In this document: piece after piece, positions 56,531 through 64,000 of the stretch
Position numbering within the stretch: the stretch's first letter is position 1
Layout: every line of letters starts with the position of its first letter
NCBI GenBank assembly: GCA_963700055.1
Contig: CAVOWH010000001.1
Coordinates: 2,199-66,198 of the forward strand
Reading direction: 5' to 3'
Origin: an uncultured delta proteobacterium
Lineage (GTDB): Bacteria > Desulfobacterota > Desulfobacteria > Desulfobacterales > SpSt-501
Length of the DNA: 64,000 bases
Notes under the pieces: generated by a model
Told to the model about the DNA's origin: nothing
What the model saw: the letters and a program-made list of their open reading frames with translations, nothing else
Databases searched by the model: none
Position numbers and translations under genes: made by a program

Positions 56531-57555
56531 TCCTTCGCGTTTCCTCCTTCTTTGAGTTGCAGCCAGGCTTTCAGCCGGTGAAGCCCTTCAGCGGTGGACA
56601 CGATGGGTGCATATCCCAAATCCCGCCGCGCGGCGCCGATGTCGAACCAGTGCGACTTCGCAAGCGCATCAGCCACAAAACGCGTCATCGGCGGTTCACC
56701 GGGCAGACGCAAAACGCCATAGATCTTTTCGAACACGAGTCCCATCGCCCGGGCGAAGCGGTGCGGAACCTGTCCCTTTACGGGCCCGAGGCCGGCCGCC
56801 TGGAGGATGGCGTCGATCATGTCCCAGGCTGGGACCGGTTCACCCTGGCTGATGAAATAAACCCGGCCGGCGAGAGACGGGTTTGCCTTGAGCGCATCGG
56901 CCGCCAGCAGGTGGGCATCCGCAGCATTGTCGATATAGGTTGTGTCCACCCGGTTGCGGCCGTCGCCAATGCGCCGGAGCCTGCCCGCCCGGGCGATGAT
57001 GCGCGGGACGAAATGCGGGTCTCCGGGCCCCCAGATTTCGTGGGGCCTTAAAACGATGGTGCTGAGTTGAGCGTCCGCGGCCCCGATAACGGCCTGTTCG
57101 GCAAGGGCCTTGGTCGAAGCATAGGCGGCCGTGTAGCGCGCCGGGTAGGGCACCGATTCGTCCACACCTTCAAGATCGCAGCCGTCGAAGATCACGCTGG
57201 GCGTGCTGGTGTGGATGAGGCGGCCAACGCCCTTCTTGCGGCAGGCCGCGATCACGTTTTGCGTGCCGAAGACATTGGTGCGGTGGTAATCCCTGTTTTT
57301 CCCCCAGGGCGGCGGCTTTGCGGCCGTGTGAAAGACCGCGTCCATGCCGGCGCAGGCGGATTCCAGCGCCTGCCGGTCGGCAATATCGCCACGCACATGC
57401 TCGACGCTCAAGGCTTGCAGATCCTCATGGGCGTTGCGCGAGAAGCTGCGAACCCGGTCCCCGCGCGCTGCCAACGCCCGCACCACGGCCCGTCCGAGAA
57501 AACCGCCGCCGCCCGTGACCAGCACGGCCTCAGGGGTGTGTTCGCGGAGGATCAT
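56527..57555 (-). CDS. oleD: OleD, NAD(P)H-dependent 2-alkyl-3-oxoalkanoate reductase (3beta-HSD/epimerase family)
   Basis: VLVTGGGGFLGRAV Rossmann motif, YAAYASTKALAE (YxxxK). Position after oleC with an ATGA overlap. The longer 554-aa ORF is a GC artefact. Confidence 0.8.
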   Translation of the reverse strand: MILREHTPEAVLVTGGGGFLGRAVVRALAARGDRVRSFSRNAHEDLQALSVEHVRGDIADRQALESACAGMDAVFHTAAKPPPWGKNRDYHRTNVFGTQNVIAACRKKGVGRLIHTSTPSVIFDGCDLEGVDESVPYPARYTAAYASTKALAEQAVIGAADAQLSTIVLRPHEIWGPGDPHFVPRIIARAGRLRRIGDGRNRVDTTYIDNAADAHLLAADALKANPSLAGRVYFISQGEPVPAWDMIDAILQAAGLGPVKGQVPHRFARAMGLVFEKIYGVLRLPGEPPMTRFVADALAKSHWFDIGAARRDLGYAPIVSTAEGLHRLKAWLQLKEGGNAKE

Positions 57556-59261
57556 CTTCCCTCCGCGTGGCGCTGACCATGAGCGCGTGCAGGTTTCACC
57601 CGACGGGCGGCCCAGACCGCCAGGCGCTCGCGGAAGATCTTGGCGTTGTGGCGGATGTCCACCGGGAATGAATCGTGGAAGAGAAGAATCTTGATGTCCC
57701 GCGTCAGATCGTGGCGCGCGGCCAGGTCCAGGAGTTCCGCCCGGACGGTTTTGCGGTGGATCCGACCTTTTGTTTTTTTGAGCTCGATGCAGACCACCGG
57801 CAGCTGAGAGGTGGGGGGGCCGATGCCCACCAGCGCACTGCGGTGAACCAGGGGGTGCGTGTTGAAAATGGATTCGCAGGGAATGGTGTACAGCGTTTCT
57901 CGGGAGCTGACCACCCGGTGGCTCTTGCGGCCGCAAAACCAGATGCGCCCCTTCTTGTCCATCCACCCCAGGTCGCCCATGCGATGCCAGAATCCGGTGC
58001 GGTCGGGGATCTTGGCCAAAGAGTCGGCCAGGGGGTTTTCGAAGTAGCTTCGGCTGACGAGGTCGCCCTTGACGACGATTTCCCCGATCTCCCCCTGGGG
58101 CACCACCAGCGCTTCCTTCCAGCGGCGGATGGGGTCGTCGCTGATCGCGATGATGCGGACGGGGATGTCGTTGATCGGTCGCCCCACGCAAATTCCATGG
58201 CCTTTGTCCGTGAGGAGCCGCGTTTCAGACAGGATTTCACTGCCGCGGATAGAGGCGATCGGGACGGCCTCGGTGGCGCCGTAAGGGGTGTGGATGTCAG
58301 CATCTTCAGACAGAACGGGCGCGAAGAGCTCGATCGTGCGCGCCGGCACCGGCGCGCCGGCTGAGATGACACGCTTGAGCGAGGCAAGCACCACCCCGCG
58401 CGAGCGGGCGTAGGCTCCGACGCGCTCCAGCAGCGCCGGGGAAGCGAACATGTTGGTGACCCCCTGGTTGACGACGGCTTCGATGATGCGCTCCGGGTTG
58501 ACACGCGCCGGCCGGGTAGGGTCCATGTCCGGCACCACGGCCGTGACACCGAGAGCCGGATAGAAAAGGGCAAAGAGCGGAAAGGTCGATAGATCGACCT
58601 CGTCCGGTTCGAACTCGAGATGGGCTGCGATTTGCTGCAGCTGGGCGTCGAAATTGCCGTGGGTGTAGACCGCCCCCTTGGCGGGGCCGGTGCTGCCGGT
58701 GGTGAACAGGATGGCGGCCGTCTCCTCCCGGCCGGTTTGCGCAGCCTCGAATGGCTTCCAGGCGGCCGCACGCAGCTTCTTCAGGCTATGGCCGCCCCAA
58801 AACGCGCGCCGGCCGACCGTGACCCAAACCTTAACCGTTTGGAAGTATTTTGGAAAGAAGGTGCGCACGGCATGGGCCAGGGGGACGCCGATAAACGCCT
58901 GCGGCCGGGTCGAACGAAAGCAAGTGAGCATCCGTCGGATGCCCATGCCGGGGTCCACGACCACCGGGACCGCGCCGACTTTGAAAATGGCGAAAATGAG
59001 CTCGAAGAACTCGATGCTGGGGCGAACCATCAAAATCGTGCGGACGCCCCGGCCGATGCCGGCACACAGCAGGCCATGCGCGAGGCGGTCCGATTCGCGG
59101 TCGAGCTGCTGAAAAGTGAGCTGGGCATAGATCACGCGGCCGTAATGGTCGCGGCCGGACGGGCACACGACCGCCCGTTTGAAGGGTCGGCGTTCTGCTG
59201 CGCGCTTCAGATGCGAAGCCACGTTCACATGAACCGGGTCGTTATCGGCCGGATCCGACAT
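57552..59261 (-). CDS. oleC: OleC, beta-lactone synthetase (AMP-dependent synthetase/ligase family)
   Basis: ILFTTGSTGPAKGAVYTHGNF AMP-binding motif; 569 aa; gene order. Confidence 0.85.
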   Translation of the reverse strand: MSDPADNDPVHVNVASHLKRAAERRPFKRAVVCPSGRDHYGRVIYAQLTFQQLDRESDRLAHGLLCAGIGRGVRTILMVRPSIEFFELIFAIFKVGAVPVVVDPGMGIRRMLTCFRSTRPQAFIGVPLAHAVRTFFPKYFQTVKVWVTVGRRAFWGGHSLKKLRAAAWKPFEAAQTGREETAAILFTTGSTGPAKGAVYTHGNFDAQLQQIAAHLEFEPDEVDLSTFPLFALFYPALGVTAVVPDMDPTRPARVNPERIIEAVVNQGVTNMFASPALLERVGAYARSRGVVLASLKRVISAGAPVPARTIELFAPVLSEDADIHTPYGATEAVPIASIRGSEILSETRLLTDKGHGICVGRPINDIPVRIIAISDDPIRRWKEALVVPQGEIGEIVVKGDLVSRSYFENPLADSLAKIPDRTGFWHRMGDLGWMDKKGRIWFCGRKSHRVVSSRETLYTIPCESIFNTHPLVHRSALVGIGPPTSQLPVVCIELKKTKGRIHRKTVRAELLDLAARHDLTRDIKILLFHDSFPVDIRHNAKIFRERLAVWAARRVKPARAHGQRHAEGR

Positions 59262-59316
59262 GCCATCGCTCTCCTTGACTGGGTGCCGTAAAACCTACAC
59301 CAATCAACGCAGATTT

Positions 59317-60231
59317 TCAATGCGGGAGCGGATGCCGTTTCAGGAAGGCTGCCAGCAATTCCAGGATGCGGTCGGGGACGTCTTCGAGAACATAATGCCC
59401 GGCTTCCGGGAAACGATGGACTTCGGCCAGCGGGAAGCGCCGACACCACTCGGCGAGGTAGTCGCGGTCGAAGACGAAATCCCGCTCTCCCCAGCAAATC
59501 AGCATCGGCTGAGCGCCGAACCGATGGAGGCGTTGGTCGACCTGCTCCAGGATCGCGTAGCCGGAATCTTCCGGCGACAGCGGGATGTCCTGCACGAACC
59601 GGAGGGTAGCCAGCCGGTTGCGCCAGCTGTTGTAGGGAGCGAGAAGACCCTTGCGCACGTCGGATCGGAGCCCCTTGGCGCAAGCCGTCCAGGCGGCCCC
59701 GCGGGCAAACAAATTCAGCCCCAGCAGGCCCGGAGTCGCCAGGAGCGGAAAGTTGCGGACCAATTTGAGCGCCAGGGGCAGCGGCTTGCCCGCGGGTTTC
59801 CGGAAAGCGGCCGTGTTCAGCAGAACCAGGCGGGCGATGCGCTCGGGATGGCGCACCGCCAGGGCCATACCGATCATGCCGCCCCAGTCGTGGAGCACCA
59901 GGGTCAAGTTGCGATCGACGCCTAAATGGCCGAGCAGCGCTTCGAGATCGTCAATCCGGTTTTGAAGGCGGAAGCCGTATTCGGAAGGACCGGGTCGGGC
60001 GGACAGACCGCAGCCGATATGGTCCGGAGCGATCGTACGGTAATCCCGCGAAAGCCCGCTGATCAATTTCCGAAAATAGAACGACCAGGTGGGGTTGCCG
60101 TGCACCATCACGATCGGCTCGCCACGGCCCTCATCCACATAATGCATCCGCCAGCCGTTCACTTCCGCATAACGCGAAGCGAAAGGGTAGAGGTGCCGAA
60201 ACGGGGTAATGTCTATGCACCGATGTTTCAC
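59317..60231 (-). CDS. oleB: OleB, beta-lactone decarboxylase (haloalkane-dehalogenase-like alpha/beta hydrolase)
   Basis: MHYVDEGRGEPIVMVHGNPTWSFYFR and LVLHDWGGMIGM (Asp nucleophile). Confidence 0.85.
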   Translation of the reverse strand: MKHRCIDITPFRHLYPFASRYAEVNGWRMHYVDEGRGEPIVMVHGNPTWSFYFRKLISGLSRDYRTIAPDHIGCGLSARPGPSEYGFRLQNRIDDLEALLGHLGVDRNLTLVLHDWGGMIGMALAVRHPERIARLVLLNTAAFRKPAGKPLPLALKLVRNFPLLATPGLLGLNLFARGAAWTACAKGLRSDVRKGLLAPYNSWRNRLATLRFVQDIPLSPEDSGYAILEQVDQRLHRFGAQPMLICWGERDFVFDRDYLAEWCRRFPLAEVHRFPEAGHYVLEDVPDRILELLAAFLKRHPLPH

Positions 60232-61268
60232 CAGTTGATTCCCAGCATCAGGCAGTTCAACCCGCTGCCGATGCCCAGGAAGCCCACCAGGTCCCCGGCT
60301 CTCAGAAATCCGCGTTCATCGGCGATGGCGGCGGTGATCGGAAGCGAAACGGTGCCGATGTTGCCCAGGTGCCGGAATGTCGTGAAATCGCGTTCCGCCG
60401 GCAGGCCGATCGCGTCCAGAATGGCACGCTGGTGGGTGGCACCCACCTGGTGGCAGATGATCTTGTCTATCCGGCCTTCGGCGAGTGCCAGCGTTCGCCG
60501 GAACTCGTGAAAGGTTTCAATTCCGAGGGCCACGCCGTTTTGCAGCACCCGGACCGAATCGGTTTCGGCCATGTGGCGAGTGCCGCCGGGAATGCCGGTG
60601 TCCGGCCCCCATACGCATAAGCGGTGATGCTGGGGTGCGCTGCGCGCCACTCCGCCGAGAAGGCGGTGCCCGTTGGGGGCCCGATCGGCGCCGGTCAAAA
60701 GAACCGCCACGGCGCCGGATCCGCCGGTCAAGGTGGCCACCGTCTTGCGCAGGACTTCCATGTTTTTCTCTTGGTTCAGCCGTTCGATCGTGAGGTCCAC
60801 AATCTCGCGAGCGGATTCGCAGGCCACCACGAGGCCGGCCTGAATCTGGCCGAGCTCGATGGCGTTGGCCACGTTGACCATGCCGTTCAGAACCCCCAGG
60901 CAGGCATTGGACACATCGTAGATCTGGCACTCGGGCGGAAGACCCAAAGCGTCCGCCACGGCGCAGGCCGATGCCGGTTCAAGGTTTTCACGGCACACCG
61001 CGCCGTAGATCAGCATGCCGATGCGGTCCTGCGAAAGCGTTGCGGCTTCGATGGCTTTGCGGCCGGCTTGCGCCGCCCCCCGGCTCAGCTGAAAGCCGGG
61101 GTCCCAATAGCGGCGTTCGCGAATGCCGGTGATGGCCTCGAGCTGGCCTTTCTGAATCTTGAGCGCTGCGTACATCGGCGCCAGACGGTGTTCGATGTCC
61201 TCGGAGCTCACCACGTTCGGCGGCAGCTCGTAGCCGAAGGATGCAATGCAAACCCGAGTGTAGTTCAT
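60228..61268 (-). CDS. oleA: OleA, non-decarboxylative Claisen-condensing thiolase (FabH-like)
   Basis: MNYTRVCIASFGYELPP..., active-site Cys in YDVSNACLGVLNG, C-terminal GIGSGLNC. The stop overlaps the oleB start. Confidence 0.85.
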   Translation of the reverse strand: MNYTRVCIASFGYELPPNVVSSEDIEHRLAPMYAALKIQKGQLEAITGIRERRYWDPGFQLSRGAAQAGRKAIEAATLSQDRIGMLIYGAVCRENLEPASACAVADALGLPPECQIYDVSNACLGVLNGMVNVANAIELGQIQAGLVVACESAREIVDLTIERLNQEKNMEVLRKTVATLTGGSGAVAVLLTGADRAPNGHRLLGGVARSAPQHHRLCVWGPDTGIPGGTRHMAETDSVRVLQNGVALGIETFHEFRRTLALAEGRIDKIICHQVGATHQRAILDAIGLPAERDFTTFRHLGNIGTVSLPITAAIADERGFLRAGDLVGFLGIGSGLNCLMLGINW

Positions 61269-61288
61269 GTGATGGTGAAAGCCTTTCT

Positions 61289-64000
61289 TTATTCTGGATC
61301 GTGGACCGGCAGCAACCGGATCCCGAAATCCTGCATATGGTAGATGGGAAGTCCGTCCACGCTGAGATACCCATCGGCCCAGATGACCGGGTGCGGTGCT
61401 GCAACAATTTCGGTGACCGACGCCTCCACCGTCACCCGGCGGTTGGAAGGCAGGATCTGGCCGCGATAGGTCCAGCGGTGGGCACGGTCGATGGCCGGCG
61501 CGAAGCGATGCGAATCGGCCAGCTGCGGCCAGCGTTGTCGGGCCGCGAACTTCAAGAGCTGAAGGAACGATTCCAGGCCGAGGGATCCGGGCCAGACCGG
61601 GTCTTGAAAAAAATGAGCCCGAAAAAACCAATCCGCCGGGTCGACCTCCTTGGATCCGCGGATGAAGCCGAGCCGCTGGGAGCCTCCCTCCGGCAGAAAA
61701 AGATCGATGCGGTCGATCATGCGCAGCGTGGCGGCCGGATAGGCCATTCCGGAAGCACGGCTGCGGTTGCAGTCCTCGGGGGTCAAGGGCGGCTCTTGCG
61801 GAAAGAAAAAGCCGTCGCCTGCGGGGGTCCCGGACCCGGATGCCAAGGCCTTATGCCGGGCATCGCGGATGCCCTCCTGGCGTTCGAGCGCGGCCGGCGT
61901 GAAGAATCCGAAATAGGTGGAGCCGCTGTAGGCGAGTCCCCGGTCCGAGAGGATTTCGAAGTCGAAGTGCTCGATAATCATGTCGGCCACTTCCGAGGCG
62001 TGCGTCATGCGGATGCGGGAGCGCAGGGTTCCGACCTCGGCGGGCACCGCGGCGTGCAACGTGGCGTTGCCGCCGAGGTTGCGGAAGCGGAGCGGCTTTT
62101 CGCTTTTGAGCGCCGAGCCCATGAAGGCCGCCAGCCAGCCGCAGGGCTGCAATGCGGCCTCCAGCAGGACACAATAGGGTACCGCCGCGCTGCGCTCGGC
62201 CGCAATGTACCAGGCGTCCGGCGGTATATCCACCTCGGCTTCGACCCAGCCGCCGGGCCGCACCACCCAGGGTTCGGGCTCGACCCGGGTGATCCGGTCG
62301 ATAAAAAGGTAGGGCGGCGAGGGCAGCCGCGCGATGAAACGGCCGGAGTCAAAGGGCGCGTAGGGCTCGCCGAAGGCCAGCGAGGGGCGTTCGCATGCAA
62401 ACGCCTCCAAATGAGCGCGATTGAAGACGGCGGCCGGCCGCTGACCGGGAGCGTCCGCCGGGGGTGCGTTGCGCCGCCGCTCCCAATAGGATTCGATATC
62501 CGCGCGCGTGACGCCCGTCAGCTGCAGCGACATGTCCTGGAAACGCACGATGTGGCGGCCGTCGGCATACATATTGGCGTCGGCGATGACGAACGGCTGC
62601 GGCCCGTAGCCCAGCTCCTTGATGTCGACCTCGTAGACCACTCGCCGCGTCGCCGGGGTCACCGGGCCGCGGCATTTCAGCGTCGCCTTGACGCCCGGCA
62701 GCGGTTCGAAGCGGGCCTGCGGCCGGTCGCTGACCCAGCCCATGCGCTGGACCATCACCCGCAGCGCATGCGCGCAGCACTCGTACATCAGGGTGCCGGG
62801 CATGACCATGTCGTCCGCGAAATGGCAGGTCAAAAACCAATCGTCCGGACGAATATCGGCCTCGGCCCGGATCCGGCCCAGCCCGTAGCGGCCGCCGTCG
62901 GGCTCCAGCCCGATCACACGGTCGATTAAGCGCATGCGTCCGCCCGGCAGCCGCAGGGATCCGGCCAGCGCTACGCCTGCAAAGCGCGCTCCGAAGCAGG
63001 CGGCCAAATCGCCCGCCCGCAAAGCTTCGACGGCCCGGTCATCGTAGGTTTCGCGGGCCATGCCGACCGGTGGCTTCCAGTCCGCCGGCGTGCGGCCTGC
63101 CGCCGGCTGAAGTTCCTGATCGGTTGGGATGATTCCGCCGGAACGGGCGACCTCTTCGGGTGTGAAAAAGCCGGCGCAGCCGTTGGTCATGGAGATGAAC
63201 GGGGCGCCCGCGATGGTTCCCTCGAAGTGAAACAGAAAAAGATAGGTTTCGCCCTGACGCAGGAATTTTTCGATTGCGATGGAGTAGCGGATGGTTTCGC
63301 CGGGCCGCGGCCGCTCGCGGTGGAACTCCACGGTGGCATCCAGCAACCGATAGGTGCGCCGGCCGCGGACGGCGAGATCGATGCCGAGATAAGCGCAAAG
63401 AAATAGGTCGGCCTGTCCGGCCTCCACTGAAATGCACACCGGCGCGCGCCCGCCATCCAAATACCAGGCGCCGGGGAGCACGTCGTGCTCGGTGATGATC
63501 CGGCCGGCGCCCAGCGAGGCTTTGACGCCGTGGATCTCCAGGATGCGGTCCACCAACATGAGCGGTTCATCCGGAAGCCGCACCCGGGCGGGGAAAGCGT
63601 CCGCTTCAGCGAACTGCGGGCCCAGCACCCGGGCGGCCGACCCGCGCGCGAATTCGAGGCATTGCTCGCGGCTGAAAGCCGGGGCGGGGACCGGTGCGGC
63701 CGCGAACGGGGAATCCGCTGCTTGAAGGCCGGCGGTTTCAAGGAGCCGGCGGTGAAGCTGGACGGACTCGGCCAACGCCCGGGTCATTGCGGTGGTCTTC
63801 TCAAGAAAAGCTTGGTGCACCCGGGCCGTGGTTTCAGAAACGGTTGCCAGTCGGTGCATGCACTCCGCGACCACGCCTTTGTTCGCAGGCGGTTGACCCG
63901 GGAATAGGGTCTGTAAAAAGGTGGGTGCCGGTGTCTCCGGGCGGGGTGCCGGCGGCAGGATCAGCTTTTTTCCGGCGACGGGGATGCGGATCCATTCCTT
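61289..64000 (-). CDS. PUFA-synthase PfaC-like protein, C-terminal FabA-type dehydratase region; partial, open to the window edge
   Basis: Hot-dog DH motifs DDWFLTCHFADDMVMPGTLMYEC and ADWFFRAHFFQDPVWPGSLGLES. The frame stays open from 63874 to 64000. Confidence 0.75.
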   Translation of the reverse strand, partial: KEWIRIPVAGKKLILPPAPRPETPAPTFLQTLFPGQPPANKGVVAECMHRLATVSETTARVHQAFLEKTTAMTRALAESVQLHRRLLETAGLQAADSPFAAAPVPAPAFSREQCLEFARGSAARVLGPQFAEADAFPARVRLPDEPLMLVDRILEIHGVKASLGAGRIITEHDVLPGAWYLDGGRAPVCISVEAGQADLFLCAYLGIDLAVRGRRTYRLLDATVEFHRERPRPGETIRYSIAIEKFLRQGETYLFLFHFEGTIAGAPFISMTNGCAGFFTPEEVARSGGIIPTDQELQPAAGRTPADWKPPVGMARETYDDRAVEALRAGDLAACFGARFAGVALAGSLRLPGGRMRLIDRVIGLEPDGGRYGLGRIRAEADIRPDDWFLTCHFADDMVMPGTLMYECCAHALRVMVQRMGWVSDRPQARFEPLPGVKATLKCRGPVTPATRRVVYEVDIKELGYGPQPFVIADANMYADGRHIVRFQDMSLQLTGVTRADIESYWERRRNAPPADAPGQRPAAVFNRAHLEAFACERPSLAFGEPYAPFDSGRFIARLPSPPYLFIDRITRVEPEPWVVRPGGWVEAEVDIPPDAWYIAAERSAAVPYCVLLEAALQPCGWLAAFMGSALKSEKPLRFRNLGGNATLHAAVPAEVGTLRSRIRMTHASEVADMIIEHFDFEILSDRGLAYSGSTYFGFFTPAALERQEGIRDARHKALASGSGTPAGDGFFFPQEPPLTPEDCNRSRASGMAYPAATLRMIDRIDLFLPEGGSQRLGFIRGSKEVDPADWFFRAHFFQDPVWPGSLGLESFLQLLKFAARQRWPQLADSHRFAPAIDRAHRWTYRGQILPSNRRVTVEASVTEIVAAPHPVIWADGYLSVDGLPIYHMQDFGIRLLPVHDPE

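Noticed and set aside
61241-62929. 562-aa plus-strand ORF opposite the PfaC-like gene, and the several 100-350-aa ORFs inside oleA-oleD (for example 57704..58771 and 60624..61343)
   Set aside because: These are alternative-frame or antisense ORFs with Arg/Pro/Gly-rich products. The annotated frames carry the catalytic motifs and the overlapping stop/start junctions.

Overview
This is a 64-kb, mostly GC-rich bacterial window. The gene content (tungsten AOR, UbiD, Tct transporter, octaheme cytochrome, ole/pfa genes) suggests an anaerobic Desulfobacterota-like organism, but that is inference only. There are four blocks. (1) 1-26 kb holds chromosomal genes on both strands. A catabolic cluster (AOR, TPP enzyme, 2-hydroxyacid dehydrogenase, TctC, amidohydrolase, UbiD) has every reading frame broken, while tctA/tctB and most genes from 11 to 25 kb are intact. 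The intact genes include OmpA-type and glycine-zipper lipoproteins, an acyl-CoA dehydrogenase fused to a rubredoxin-like domain, an EamA transporter, PNPOx-like proteins, DUF523/DUF1722, SDR/DUF2867, SRPBCC, an octaheme cytochrome, a class II photolyase and YdjM. (2) 26.2-44.2 kb is a mobile-element graveyard. It contains two overlapping tyrosine recombinases (the second cut by an IS3 element), a 45-nt tRNA-Arg(ACG) 3' fragment, an IS3 orfA remnant, an IS200 tnpA remnant, a repeated hairpin element, a PD40-repeat protein, and an IS21 element carrying a second IS21-like unit nested in its istA. (3) 44.35-52.3 kb is a visibly AT-richer, co-directional six-gene island. It encodes a membrane-anchored unknown protein, a TIR-TPR protein, a permuted papain-like (C92) peptidase, a 91-aa protein overlapping the start of a trypsin-like S1 zymogen, and an alpha/beta-hydrolase-subtilase (S8) fusion. 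I cannot match it to any named system, and it is my best candidate for an undescribed conflict/defence system. (4) 52.7-64 kb holds DUF4124, ldh, PilZ, a QueG-like Fe-S protein, and an oleA-B-C-D olefin operon. That operon is extended by a stand-alone PocR-domain gene and preceded by a PfaC-like double-dehydratase gene that runs off the window. A conserved intergenic motif of about 60-130 nt recurs at least three times. All calls come from reading the translated ORFs and the DNA by eye. No database search was run.
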